Shown: positions 34,470 to 44,224 of the stretch, in pieces
Position numbering within the stretch: position 1 is the first letter of the stretch
Layout: every line of letters begins with the position of its first letter
DNA from: Candidatus Limnocylindria bacterium
Lineage (GTDB): Bacteria > Chloroflexota > Limnocylindria > P2-11E
Direction: 5' to 3'
Assembly: GCA_035935465.1 (NCBI GenBank)
Contig: DASYXA010000062.1
Location: 3,989 to 67,988 of the forward strand
DNA length: 64,000 bases
The notes under the pieces: model-generated
The model's database searches: none
What the model saw: the letters and a program-made list of their open reading frames with translations, nothing else
Told to the model about the DNA's origin: nothing
Position numbers and translations under genes: made by a program

Positions 34470-34880
34470 ATGCCAAAAGGAGTCACGCGGATGAGAGCCC
34501 TGCTCGCAGCGATCCTCATCGTCGTCCTGGGCGGCGCGATCGCCGCCGGCGCGTACGAGGCCGGCCTCGCCCAGAGCGCCCAGCAGATCGTCGTTCCCGC
34601 GACCGTCCCCCTGTCCGGCGGCGCGCCGGTCGTGGCGTACTACGGCCACCCGTACGGCTGGGGCTTCGGGTTCTTTCCGTTCGGGTTCCTGTTCCCGATC
34701 GTCGGCCTGTTCCTGTTCTTCGGGCTGATGCGCGCGCTCATCGGCGGCGGGCGCGCCTCCTGGCACCACGGCTGGCACGACGGCCAGTCCGGCGTGCCGA
34801 GCCGGTTCGACGAATGGCACAAGCGCTCCCACGGCGAAACGACGGGCGTGTCCGACCGGCCCGCGCCGCCACCTCAGTAG
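34470..34880 (+). CDS. Hypothetical membrane protein at the head of the two-component operon
   Basis: Two hydrophobic segments, Gly/aromatic-rich; start could be 34470 or slightly downstream. Confidence 0.7.
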   Translation: MPKGVTRMRALLAAILIVVLGGAIAAGAYEAGLAQSAQQIVVPATVPLSGGAPVVAYYGHPYGWGFGFFPFGFLFPIVGLFLFFGLMRALIGGGRASWHHGWHDGQSGVPSRFDEWHKRSHGETTGVSDRPAPPPQ

Positions 34881-34890
34881 CATCGGCGGG

Positions 34891-35577
34891 ATGAAGACGA
34901 TCCTCGTCGTCGATGACGAACCGAAGATCGTCGAGCTGGCCCGCGACTATCTCGAGCATGCCGGCTTCGCGGTGGTGAGCGCCTCCGATGGATCGGAGGC
35001 GCTCGCGCGCGCCCGGATGGCCGCCCCCGACCTCATCGTCCTCGATCTCGGCCTGCCCACGCTCGACGGTCTCGACGTCGCCCGCGCGCTCCGGCGCGAC
35101 TCGAACGTGCCGATCGTCATCCTGAGCGGGCGGTCCGACGAGAGCGACAAGCTCGTCGGCCTCGAGCTCGGCGCGGACGACTACGTCACCAAGCCGTTCA
35201 GCCCGAAGGAGCTCGTCGCGCGCGTGCGCGCAGTGCTGCGGCGCATCGAGCGGCCGGCCCCGGCGTCGGATCTCATCCGCGCCTCGGACGTGACGCTCGA
35301 CCTGCCGCGGATGCGCGTGCGCGCCGGAGAGCGCGACGTCGACCTCACCGCCACCGAGTTCCAGCTGCTCGCCGCCCTCGCGCGCGAGCCCGGCCGCGTG
35401 TTCACGCGGTCGCAGCTGCTCGACGCTGTGCACGGTGTCGCGTTCGAGTCGTACGAGCGGGCCATCGACGCGCACGTGAAGAACATCCGTCGCAAGCTCG
35501 AGTCGGATCCCCGCGAGCCGCGCTACCTCCAGACCGTGCACGGAGTCGGGTACCGGTTCCGGGACGATGACCGGTGA
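34891..35577 (+). CDS. OmpR-family response regulator
   Basis: LVVDDE, LDLGLP, DYVTKPF, winged helix TVHGVGY. Confidence 0.95.
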   Translation: MKTILVVDDEPKIVELARDYLEHAGFAVVSASDGSEALARARMAAPDLIVLDLGLPTLDGLDVARALRRDSNVPIVILSGRSDESDKLVGLELGADDYVTKPFSPKELVARVRAVLRRIERPAPASDLIRASDVTLDLPRMRVRAGERDVDLTATEFQLLAALAREPGRVFTRSQLLDAVHGVAFESYERAIDAHVKNIRRKLESDPREPRYLQTVHGVGYRFRDDDR

Positions 35578-36698
35578 GCCACGGCGGGTGGCGCGGGTAC
35601 GAGACCCGGCCGGCGTGGTGGCCGGAGAGCGAGCCGTTCCCGCCGCCGCGCCTCCGGTCGTCGTACGCGATGCAGCGCCGGTTCTTCCGGCGGATGGCCT
35701 TGTTCTTCGCCGGCTTCATGGTCCTGGTCGTCACCGGCGCGTTCACGTTGTTCTGGGCCATCGCCGGCGCCCTCGGCTTCGTCCGACCGGACGGCCAGCC
35801 GGCGTTCTTCGCCGACCATCCGGGGCCATTCCAATTCGCCGTCATTCCGCTCGTGATCGTCGTCGCGATCGTGCTGCTCGGCCGGACGGTCCGAAGCGTC
35901 GCGCGGCCGGTGGGCGATCTGATCGAGGCCGCCGGCCGGGTCGAGGGCGGCAGCTACGACGTGCGGGTGCCCGAGCGCGGGCCGCGCGAGATGCGCTCGC
36001 TGGCCCACGCGTTCAACGCGATGGTCGCGCGGCTCGAGGCGAACGAGTCGCAGCGCAAGCAGCTCCTGGCCGACGTGACGCACGAGCTCCGCACGCCGCT
36101 CACGGTCCTGCAGGGGAACGTGGAGGCGATCCTCGACGGCGTGCATCCCGCCGACGGCGCGCACGTCGCGCCGCTGCTCGAGGAGACGAAGGTGCTGTCG
36201 CGGCTCATCGACGACCTGCGGACGCTCTCGCTCGCCGAGAGCGGCGCGCTCGCGCTGCACCGCGAGCCCGTCGACGTCGCGGCGCTCGCGGGCGACGTCG
36301 TCGCGGCGTTCTCCGAGCAGGCCCGCCGGGCCAGCGTCGGCCTGGGCTCGTCCGCCGAGGCCGGCACGACCGCCGACGCGGACCCCGTCCGCGTGCGCGA
36401 GGTGCTCGTGAACCTCGTGACGAACGCGCTGCGCTACACGCCCGACGGCGGTTACATCGCGATCGACGTGCGCCGGGCCGCCGGCGACGTCGAGGTGTCG
36501 GTCCGCGACACCGGATCGGGGATCGCCGCCGCCGCGGTCGGCGGCATCTTCGACCGGTTCAGCAAGTCGACCGACTCACCCGGCGCCGGCCTGGGCCTCG
36601 CGATCGCGAAGGGCCTCGTCGAGGCGCACGGCGGCACGATCCGCGCGGAGAGCGCGCCCGGTCAGGGCACCCGGATCGTGTTCACCCTCCCGGCCTAG
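35574..36698 (+). CDS. HAMP-domain sensor histidine kinase
   Basis: 2 TM, HAMP, HELRTP, NALRY, DTGSGI, GLGLAI. Confidence 0.95.
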   Translation: MSHGGWRGYETRPAWWPESEPFPPPRLRSSYAMQRRFFRRMALFFAGFMVLVVTGAFTLFWAIAGALGFVRPDGQPAFFADHPGPFQFAVIPLVIVVAIVLLGRTVRSVARPVGDLIEAAGRVEGGSYDVRVPERGPREMRSLAHAFNAMVARLEANESQRKQLLADVTHELRTPLTVLQGNVEAILDGVHPADGAHVAPLLEETKVLSRLIDDLRTLSLAESGALALHREPVDVAALAGDVVAAFSEQARRASVGLGSSAEAGTTADADPVRVREVLVNLVTNALRYTPDGGYIAIDVRRAAGDVEVSVRDTGSGIAAAAVGGIFDRFSKSTDSPGAGLGLAIAKGLVEAHGGTIRAESAPGQGTRIVFTLPA

Positions 36699-38194
36699 CC
36701 GGGCGAGCTCGCGTCGTCCATCTGCGCGCGCTGGAGCTTCCCGGAGTAATCGACGTAGATGGACTTCCACTCCGCGTACACGTCGAGCGCGGCGCGTCCG
36801 GCCTCGCGATGGCCGTTGCCGGTCGCCTTCGTCCCGCCGAACGGCAGCTGGATCTCCGCCCCGATCGTGCCCGCGTTCACGTACACCAGGCCGGTCTCCG
36901 CGTCGCGCATGAACCGGAACGCGTTGTCGATGTTCCTCGTGTAGATCGAGCACGACAGGCCGTACTTCGTCGAGTTCACGACCCGGACGGCTTCGCCGAT
37001 GTCCTTCACCTCGATCACCGCGGTCACCGGGCCGAAGATCTCCTCCTGCGCGACGCGCATGTTCGGCTTCACATCCACGAGCACCGTCGGCTCGTGGAAG
37101 AAGCCCTTGCCGAGGGCGCCGTCGGTGGGGATGCGGCCTCCGGCGGCCACCGTCGCGCCTTCCTTCTCCGCGATCGGGATGTAGCTGTGCACCTTCTGCT
37201 GGGCGTCGAGCGACACGACCGGCCCGAGGTCGGTGCTCGCCTCGAGGCCGTGGCCCAGCTTCAGCTTCTTGGCCCGGCCCACGAGCCGGTCGATGAGCTC
37301 GTTCGCGACCGCGCGGTTCGCGATGACCCGCGATGCCGCGGTGCAGCGCTGCCCCGACGTGCCGAACGCCGACCAGACGATGCCCTCGAGCGCCAGGTCG
37401 AGGTCGGCGTCGTCCATGACGACGATCGCGTTCTTGCCGCCGAGCTCGGCGGATACGCGCTTCAGCTGCTTGCCGGCGATCTCGCTGATGTGCGCGCCGA
37501 CGTCGCTCGATCCGGTGAACGAGATGAGGTCCACGCCGGGGTGGGTGACCAGGGCGTCGCCGAGCGCGCCTCCCGGACCGAGGACGAGGTTGAGCACGCC
37601 CTTCGGGAGGCCGGCCTGCTCGAGGATCTCGACGAGCCGCACCGCGAGCATCGGCGTGTACGACGCCGGCTTGAACACGATCGCGTTGCCGAGGACGAGG
37701 GCGGGCATGATCTTCCAGGTCGGGATCGCGAACGGGAAGTTCCAGGGCGTGATCGCCGCGACGACGCCGAGCGGCACCCGTGTCGACATCGCCCACTTGT
37801 TGGGGAGCTCAGCCGGCACGACGTCTCCGAACTGGCGACGGCCCTCGCCGGCGGTGTAGTAGGTCATGTCGATGCCCTCTTGTACGTCGCCGCGCGCCTC
37901 CGCGAGCACCTTGCCCATCTCGGAGGTCATCTCGCGGGCGAGCTGGTCCTTGCGCGCGAGCATGATCTCGCCGGCCCGGTAGAGGATCTCGCCGCGCTTC
38001 GGCGCCGGGTACAGGCGCCACGACTCGAAGGCGCGCCGGGCGGCGTCGACCGCGCGATCGACGTCGGCCTTCGTCGACTTCGTCGCGGTCGCGAGGACCG
38101 CGCCGGTCGCGGGGTCGAGGTCCTCGAACGCGTCGCCGCTCGCCGAGTCGGTCCAGCGGCCGTCGATGTAGTTCTGCAGATGTGGCGTCGCCAT
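36695..38194 (-). CDS. Aldehyde dehydrogenase
   Basis: PWNFP, FTGS, ELGGKN, GQRCT, EEIFGP; SD GGGGAGG. Confidence 0.95.
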   Translation of the reverse strand: MATPHLQNYIDGRWTDSASGDAFEDLDPATGAVLATATKSTKADVDRAVDAARRAFESWRLYPAPKRGEILYRAGEIMLARKDQLAREMTSEMGKVLAEARGDVQEGIDMTYYTAGEGRRQFGDVVPAELPNKWAMSTRVPLGVVAAITPWNFPFAIPTWKIMPALVLGNAIVFKPASYTPMLAVRLVEILEQAGLPKGVLNLVLGPGGALGDALVTHPGVDLISFTGSSDVGAHISEIAGKQLKRVSAELGGKNAIVVMDDADLDLALEGIVWSAFGTSGQRCTAASRVIANRAVANELIDRLVGRAKKLKLGHGLEASTDLGPVVSLDAQQKVHSYIPIAEKEGATVAAGGRIPTDGALGKGFFHEPTVLVDVKPNMRVAQEEIFGPVTAVIEVKDIGEAVRVVNSTKYGLSCSIYTRNIDNAFRFMRDAETGLVYVNAGTIGAEIQLPFGGTKATGNGHREAGRAALDVYAEWKSIYVDYSGKLQRAQMDDASSPG

Positions 38195-38228
38195 GTGCGT
38201 CCTCCCCGTGGTCGCGCGCTGCGGATCC

Positions 38229-38345
38229 CTAGAACTGCGCTCCATAGAAGAGCCAGATCGTGAGGCCGCCGACGAAGATGATCCCGAGCACGATGAGCGC
38301 GAACGCGATGTTCGCCTGACGGTCGGGATCGCTGAAGCGGTTCAC
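38229..38345 (-). CDS. Small single-TM protein (38 aa)
   Basis: MNRFSDPDRQANIAFALIVLGIIFVGGLTIWLFYGAQF, between tRNA-Ala and the ALDH gene. Confidence 0.55.
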   Translation of the reverse strand: MNRFSDPDRQANIAFALIVLGIIFVGGLTIWLFYGAQF

Positions 38346-38367
38346 CGCGCAAGGCGCCCCGCGCCTG

Positions 38368-38440
38368 TGGAGCTGCGGGGATTCGAACCCCGGACCTCTT
38401 GAGTGCGATTCAAGCGCTCTACCAACTGAGCTACAGCCCC
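38368..38440 (-). tRNA. tRNA-Ala (CGC)
   Basis: GGGGCTG/CAGCTCC acceptor with G3-U70, CTTGA-ATCGCAC-TCAAG anticodon arm, TTCGAAT; CCA not encoded. Confidence 0.95.
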
Positions 38441-38617
38441 GGACGGGGTGACCGGCACGCGAAATAGATGGGAAAAATCGCTCACCGAGGGATTCAGTGT
38501 ACGGGCGGTGCCGTCGGCCCGCCACGGATCCACTCGGGCCGGCCGACACCGCAGGGGCCGGCTGCGGCAGGCCCGCGACGCCCGTGGCCCTGCGCTCCTC
38601 GTACGTCCTGCGGTGCG

Positions 38618-38962
38618 CTACTCGATCTTCAGCACGACCGGCGCGTCGCCCCAGAGGCGCTCGAGGTTGTAGAGGTCCCGCTCCTCGGGCACGAATGCGT
38701 GCACGACGACGTCACCGAGGTCGATCAGCACCCAGCGCCCGGAGCTGTAGCCCTCGACGCCGACCGGCACGCGGCCCGCGGCCTTCGCCGTCTCGACGAT
38801 CCCGTCGGCGATGGCCTGGACCTGACGCTCGCCGCGGCCGCTGCACAGGACGAAGAAGTCGGCGATCGTCGTGACCTCGGCCACGTTCATCACCAGGACG
38901 TCCTCGGCCTTCTTGCCGGTGGCCGCCTCGACGACGAGATCGGCGACGGCGCGCGCGCTCAG
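38618..38962 (-). CDS. rsfS: Ribosomal silencing factor RsfS; start non-canonical (CTG 38962 or GTC 38974)
   Basis: KKAED, DFFVLCSG, RQVQAI, WVLIDLGDVVVHAF, YNLERLW. Confidence 0.9.
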   Translation of the reverse strand: MSARAVADLVVEAATGKKAEDVLVMNVAEVTTIADFFVLCSGRGERQVQAIADGIVETAKAAGRVPVGVEGYSSGRWVLIDLGDVVVHAFVPEERDLYNLERLWGDAPVVLKIE

Positions 38963-39543
38963 GTCGTTCGCGACGTGGCTCCCTCCGCGCGGTACAGGCC
39001 GCGCGCCTCGATGTGCCTCCAGGCGGGCTCGGGAACAAGGTACCGCAGCGACAGGCCCCGGGCGGCCCGCGCGCGCAGCTCGCGCGAGCTGATGTCGAGG
39101 CGCGGCGCGTCGAAGGTCACGATCGGCGCGCCGCCCATCCGCTCGGGCGCGCCGGGCCGCTCCGCGACGACGATCGTCGCAAGCTTCGCGATGCGCGGAG
39201 CGTCCTTCCAGCGCGGCAGGGCGGCGCTCGCGTCGCTCCCGAGGATCAGGAAGAGCTCGTCGCCGCCCGCGAGCTGCTCGAGCGTCTCCACCGTGTAGGA
39301 CGGCCCCGAGCGGTCGAGCTCGACGCGCGACACGGCGAAGCGCGGCTCGCCCGCGACCGCGAGCTCGAGCATCGCGAGGCGGTCGGCCTCTCCCGCGACC
39401 GGCCCGCGGTCCTTCAGCGGCGACCGGCGAGCGAGCACGAACAGGACGCGGTCGAGCCGGACCGACTCGAGCGCCGCGTGCGCGATCGCGAGATGGCCGA
39501 CGTGGACCGGGTCGAACGTGCCGCCGAAGACCCCGACCCTCAC
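38959..39543 (-). CDS. nadD: Nicotinate-nucleotide adenylyltransferase
   Basis: GGTFDPVHVGH, SYTVET, ILGSD, ISSRELR. Confidence 0.93.
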   Translation of the reverse strand: MRVGVFGGTFDPVHVGHLAIAHAALESVRLDRVLFVLARRSPLKDRGPVAGEADRLAMLELAVAGEPRFAVSRVELDRSGPSYTVETLEQLAGGDELFLILGSDASAALPRWKDAPRIAKLATIVVAERPGAPERMGGAPIVTFDAPRLDISSRELRARAARGLSLRYLVPEPAWRHIEARGLYRAEGATSRTT

Positions 39544-40802
39544 CGCCTGGCGCCCTCGGTCCATTCGAGGTCCTTCGTGCCGATCCGGACCGTATCTCCG
39601 TGCTTCACGCCGAGGCGGCGGAGCTCCTTCTCGATCCCGTTCTTCTGCAGGAGCCGCTGGAAGTACGCCGCGGCGTCCGGGCTCTCCCAATCGATGCCTG
39701 TCGCGAGCCGCTCGACCCGGTCGCCGCGCACGCGGAAGCCGTCCTGCTCCTTCGTCGCCGTCCAGTCGCGGCCGCCACCGCTGAACACGATGCGGCGCTC
39801 GCCGGGCGCCGCGGCCACGATGGCCTCGCGCGGCGGGCACCGCGCGAAGATCCGTTTCAGCAGCTCCGGCAGGTGCGCGGCGGTGACGGCCGACACCGGG
39901 ATCGCGTCGGGCCCGAGCGCCCCGGCCACGCTCGCCGCGCGCTCTTTGGCCTCGAACAGATCGAGCTTGTTGAGCGCGAAGATCCGCGGCCGGTCCATGA
40001 GGCCCCGCCCGTATGCGGTGAGCTCCGTATCGACGGTCGCGATGTCCGCGATCGGATCGTCGAGCGCCAGATCGACGACGTGGACGATGAGCCGCGTCCG
40101 CTCGATGTGCCGCAGGAACTCCTCGCCGAGACCGGCGCCGGTGTGCGCGCCCTCGATGAGCCCGGGGATGTCGGCGATGACGAGCTCGCGGTCCCCAAGG
40201 CGCGCGACGCCGAGGTTCGGCGTGAGCGTCGTGAACGGATACGCGGCGATCTTCGGCGTCGCGCGGGTGAGCGCCGCGAGGAGCGACGACTTGCCGGCGT
40301 TCGGGAGCCCGACGAGGCCGACGTCGGCGATGAGCTTGAGCTCGAGATCGAGCGCGCGCGACTCGCCGGGGGAGCCGTCCTCGGCGATGCGCGGGACGCG
40401 TCGCGTGCTCGACACGAACCGCGCGTTGCCCTTGCCGCCCTGACCCCCCCGCGCGACGACGACCTCCTCGTCCGGAGTCGCCAGGTCCGCGACGCGTTCG
40501 CCGGTGCCCCGGTCGACGACGAGCGTGCCCTCCGGCACGCGTACGACCAGATCCGCGCCGGCCTTGCCGCTCTTGTTCTTGCCCCCTCCGGCCGCGCCGC
40601 TCCCGGCCTCCAGCAGCTTCTTGAACCGGAAGTCCGAGAGCGTGGTCATGCCGCTGTCGACCCGCAGGATCACGCTGCCGCCGTGGCCGCCATCGCCGCC
40701 GTCGGGCCCGCCGCGGGGGACGTGGGCCTCGCGCCGGAACGAGATGACCCCGCGGCCGCCGGCGCCGCCCTTCACCACGACGCGCGCGCGATCGAGGAAC
40801 AC
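39540..40802 (-). CDS. obgE: GTPase ObgE/CgtA
   Basis: GGPDGGDGG, GLVGLPNAGKSS, YPFTTL, DIPG, NKLD, C-terminal OCT domain. Confidence 0.96.
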   Translation of the reverse strand: MFLDRARVVVKGGAGGRGVISFRREAHVPRGGPDGGDGGHGGSVILRVDSGMTTLSDFRFKKLLEAGSGAAGGGKNKSGKAGADLVVRVPEGTLVVDRGTGERVADLATPDEEVVVARGGQGGKGNARFVSSTRRVPRIAEDGSPGESRALDLELKLIADVGLVGLPNAGKSSLLAALTRATPKIAAYPFTTLTPNLGVARLGDRELVIADIPGLIEGAHTGAGLGEEFLRHIERTRLIVHVVDLALDDPIADIATVDTELTAYGRGLMDRPRIFALNKLDLFEAKERAASVAGALGPDAIPVSAVTAAHLPELLKRIFARCPPREAIVAAAPGERRIVFSGGGRDWTATKEQDGFRVRGDRVERLATGIDWESPDAAAYFQRLLQKNGIEKELRRLGVKHGDTVRIGTKDLEWTEGARR

Positions 40803-40804
40803 CG

Positions 40805-42001
40805 CTAGGCCGCCAGCCGCACGTGCGCCGCGTCGGCGCGCAGCCGGTCGAGCATCGCGCGGATGCCGATCGTCGGCCCGCCCGCGGGCAGCCGCGCGAG
40901 CACCGCGTACGGATCGGCGGCGAGGTCGGCGAGCCGCAGCTCCGTCCCGGGTGGCAGCTCGCCGAGGAGCGCGATGAGCGCGCTCATCTCGCGCTCGCGA
41001 TCGGTGAGCCCGGGCAGCGAGAGGAGCTCCACGGTCGTCCGCAGCCGGCGGGTCGCCGCTTCGCGCAGCGACGCGCGCGCGTCGGTCCAGCGGAAGCCGG
41101 CCGGCCGGTGCACCCGCTCGTACATCGGCCCGTCCGCGGACGCGATGCGGAACGTGACCTCGTCGACCCCCGCGTCGGCCGCGCGCCCCAGCGCGCCGGC
41201 GGACGATCCGCTCGTCCGGAGCGCGATCTTCCCGTGCGGGACCGCGGCGCGGATCCGCGCGGCCACGCCGGCGACCTCGCGGACGAGCTCGAGCGGCTCG
41301 CCCTCGCAGGCATGTCCGAACGACACGCCGGTGCCGCCCGCCGCGAAGTGCGCGATCGCGACCGCGGCGGCGTCGGCCACCGGGACCTTGAGCGCGACCG
41401 GCTCGAGCGGCGCGCGCTCGTACCGCCGCCGCAGCGCGACGAGCGGCGCCGCCGCGTCGTTCGCCGGCGCGCCGAGCGGCAGCGCGCATTCGCCCTGCCC
41501 GAGGAACGCGTTGCGCGCGGCGGCACAGCCGTACTCGCGCGCGCACCGCGCGAGCTGGCGCAGCAGCGTGTTCGACGGCTCGGCCCGCAGGCGTCGCGTG
41601 ATCGCCGCCCCGACGTCGTCGGCCGGCCCGGCTCCGGCGGCCCCGAGCTGCACCGCGGCGACGAGCAGCTCGCCGCCCGCGCCCGCGGCGACGGCCGTGT
41701 ACGGGAGCGGCTCGAGCGGCGCCGTGTCGCCCGCGGCCTCGACCGCCGGCAGGTGGGTGCGCACGTACCCCGGACCGAGGAGCGCCGCGACGGCCCAGCG
41801 TGCCGCGCCGAGCGAGCGCGGCTCGACCCTGCGGTCGAGGCCCATCGCGGCCCGGTCGGTCAGCGGGACGAGCGGCGTTCCATCCGGAAGGGGGATCGCG
41901 CGATCGAGCGCGGCCGGGGCGCCGCCATCGAGCGCGGCCGCGCCGTAGTCGGCGGACACGAAGACCCGGCCGGAGCGATCGCTATGGACGGCTTGGTACA
42001 C
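40805..42001 (-). CDS. Radical-SAM-fold protein lacking the CxxxCxxC motif
   Basis: LARCAREYGCAAARNAF and SFGHACEGEPL match a radical-SAM family as I recall it; the motif position reads PANDAAAPL. Confidence 0.65.
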   Translation of the reverse strand: MYQAVHSDRSGRVFVSADYGAAALDGGAPAALDRAIPLPDGTPLVPLTDRAAMGLDRRVEPRSLGAARWAVAALLGPGYVRTHLPAVEAAGDTAPLEPLPYTAVAAGAGGELLVAAVQLGAAGAGPADDVGAAITRRLRAEPSNTLLRQLARCAREYGCAAARNAFLGQGECALPLGAPANDAAAPLVALRRRYERAPLEPVALKVPVADAAAVAIAHFAAGGTGVSFGHACEGEPLELVREVAGVAARIRAAVPHGKIALRTSGSSAGALGRAADAGVDEVTFRIASADGPMYERVHRPAGFRWTDARASLREAATRRLRTTVELLSLPGLTDREREMSALIALLGELPPGTELRLADLAADPYAVLARLPAGGPTIGIRAMLDRLRADAAHVRLAA

Positions 42002-42052
42002 CGGCCAAGTATGAGAACGAGCGGGCCGGACCGAGCGCGGCGGGCCGGCGGG

Positions 42053-43156
42053 CTAGGGCTGGACGGTGAGCGGGTTGACGAACCGCCCGTTGATCTTCGT
42101 CTCCCAGTGGACGTGGGGGCCGGTGGTCACGCCGGTGAGCCCGATCGCGGCCACGATCTGGCCGGCGTTCACCGGGGTGCCGACCGGGAGGTACGCGGCG
42201 CTCAGGTGGTAGTAGCACTCCTCGAGGTTGCCGCTCTTCACGCAGATGTGGAGGCCACCGATGGCGACCCAGCCGTTCTGGCTGATCGTGCCGTTGACCG
42301 ACGCGGCGAGCCCGCTGCCGTAGGGGGCCGCGATGTCGACCCCGGTGTGTCCCGCCCAGAAGCCCTGGCTGATCCAACCGGCCACCGGCCACGCGAGGTA
42401 GCCGCCGGCTTTCGCGGCCGGCGCGCTCACGGCGGGCCGCGCGATGACGCTCGCGTTCACATCCGGCGGCAGCGGGAGCGTCGGGAGCACCGCGTTCTCG
42501 ACGAAGATGAGCTGGCCCGGAGCGAAGTGCTCCGGCTCGAAGTAGAGGCGGTTGTAGTCGCGGATCACGGCCGGGTCGACCTTGAACCGCGCGGCGACCG
42601 ACTCGACGGTGTCGCCCTGGGCGACGGTGTAGAGCGCGCCCTCGTGCGGCGGGATCATGATCTGCCGGCCGACCTGGAGGTGGTACGGGTCGGTGATGCC
42701 GTTGGCGAACGCGATGGCTTCCGCGGACAACCCGTAGAAGTTCGCGATCGACCACAGCGTGTCGTCGCGCGACAGCGTGTACTCCTGGATCGGCGGCACG
42801 CCCTCGGCCCGCACGGTGACGGGGCTGCGTCCCGCGGCGATCGTGCCGCCGCGCGCCGGCGGCGCGGCGCGGGCGACCGATGGCTCGCCGTCCGCGGGCG
42901 CGAGGCTCGTCGATCCGACGGCGTTCAAGACCGACGGCGGCGCGCTCGGGCGCGCCGCGGCGCCGGCGACGAACGGGAGCGACATCACGACGGCCGCGAC
43001 GAGGAGGTTGATCACGACGAACAGCGCGCGCCGGCCCAGCTGTCGGGTGCTGATGAGCGAAAGGCGCTCGATCGTTCCGCCGGCCTTCTGGGCGAGCTCC
43101 CCGAGCTGCGGTCGCCTCGACGGCAATGCCGACGGCCCACGGAGCCTCGCCCTCAA
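42053..43156 (-). CDS. LysM x2 + M23 peptidase
   Basis: DTLWSIANFYG and DTVESVAARF LysM repeats; HTGVD and HVHWE M23 motifs; N-terminal TM. Confidence 0.92.
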   Translation of the reverse strand: MRARLRGPSALPSRRPQLGELAQKAGGTIERLSLISTRQLGRRALFVVINLLVAAVVMSLPFVAGAAARPSAPPSVLNAVGSTSLAPADGEPSVARAAPPARGGTIAAGRSPVTVRAEGVPPIQEYTLSRDDTLWSIANFYGLSAEAIAFANGITDPYHLQVGRQIMIPPHEGALYTVAQGDTVESVAARFKVDPAVIRDYNRLYFEPEHFAPGQLIFVENAVLPTLPLPPDVNASVIARPAVSAPAAKAGGYLAWPVAGWISQGFWAGHTGVDIAAPYGSGLAASVNGTISQNGWVAIGGLHICVKSGNLEECYYHLSAAYLPVGTPVNAGQIVAAIGLTGVTTGPHVHWETKINGRFVNPLTVQP

Positions 43157-43237
43157 CAGACCGGACCTCCCCTACGCTCGCCTTCCCCAGGAGAAAGACA
43201 TGTACGCATTGCGTACTCACCGTTCGGGAACCGTCGC

Positions 43238-43267
43238 ACCGTAAACCGCGGGCTCACGCTGTGTCAA
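43238..43267 (-). promoter_or_regulatory. Sigma70 promoter for the LysM-M23 gene
   Basis: TTGACA-18 nt-TACGGT, about 80-nt leader. Confidence 0.6.
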
Positions 43268-43376
43268 CCGCGCAACGGGCGTGTGACGTTACGGAGAGCA
43301 GGACCATCGGGGCGCTCGACCACCCGAAGTCATCGCGGTTTGCGGCGATCTGGGGCCGTTCGTACGCTACGCCGCA

Positions 43377-43742
43377 GTGCCCGACTACAACCTCTCCTAT
43401 TTCTATGTCTTTGCCTTTTTCGTGGTGGGGGCGGGCTTCGTCACCGTATTGCTCGGCGCGTCACGGCTCGTGGCGCCCCGGAAGCCGTCGCTCGAGAAGT
43501 CGCGTACCTATGAGTCGGGTGAGGAGCCGGTCGGCCAAGCGTGGGGCCGGTACCCCAGCCACTTCTACATCTTCGCCCTGCTGTTCGTGGTCTTCGACGT
43601 CGAAGTGATCTTCCTGTTCCCGTGGGCGGTCCTGTTCCGGTCGCTCGGGTGGAACGGGCTCATCGAGATGGCCGTCTTCATCCTCGTCCTCGTGGTCGGG
43701 CTGTTCTACGCCTGGCGCAAGCAGGTGCTGCGGTGGTACTGA
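43377..43742 (+). CDS. nuoA: NADH-quinone oxidoreductase subunit A
   Basis: [21 protein letters not shown]; promoter TTGCGG-17-TACGCT just upstream. Confidence 0.93.
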   Translation: MPDYNLSYFYVFAFFVVGAGFVTVLLGASRLVAPRKPSLEKSRTYESGEEPVGQAWGRYPSHFYIFALLFVVFDVEVIFLFPWAVLFRSLGWNGLIEMAVFILVLVVGLFYAWRKQVLRWY

Positions 43743-44221
43743 GCGCGCCGCGGCCGACCGCCGATCTCGCGCGCGTCACGTCCGCGCTCGGCGCGACGCT
43801 CGGATCGCGCGCCCGAGTCTCGACGCTGCACGACATGGTCGTGGTCGACGTCGATCGCGAGCGCCTCGTCGAGGTGGCGACGCTGCTCCGCGACGATCCG
43901 CTCACGAGGTGCGATCTGTACTCCGTCAACGCGGGGGTCGACACCGGCGCCGAGCTCCGCTCCGTCACGTTCGTACGCGGCACGACGACGCACGTCTTCG
44001 CGATGCTCCGCACCGCGTGTCCCGAGATGGATCCGCGCGTGCCCACGCTGACCGGGGTGTGGCCGGGCGCGAACTGGTGCGAGCGCGAGACCTACGACAT
44101 GTTCGGGATCATCTTCGACGGCCACCCGGATCTGCGGCGGATCTTCCTCGAGGAGACGTTCCCCGGCCATCCGCTGCGCAAGAGCTTCCTCCCCCCGCGC
44201 AGCGACGCGCGCGGAGGCTGA
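43733..44221 (+). CDS. nuoC: NADH-quinone oxidoreductase subunit C
   Basis: [25 protein letters not shown]...GHPLRK; start uncertain (43733 GTG or 43739 CTG). Confidence 0.9.
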   Translation: MVLSAPRPTADLARVTSALGATLGSRARVSTLHDMVVVDVDRERLVEVATLLRDDPLTRCDLYSVNAGVDTGAELRSVTFVRGTTTHVFAMLRTACPEMDPRVPTLTGVWPGANWCERETYDMFGIIFDGHPDLRRIFLEETFPGHPLRKSFLPPRSDARGG

Positions 44222-44224
44222 GCC

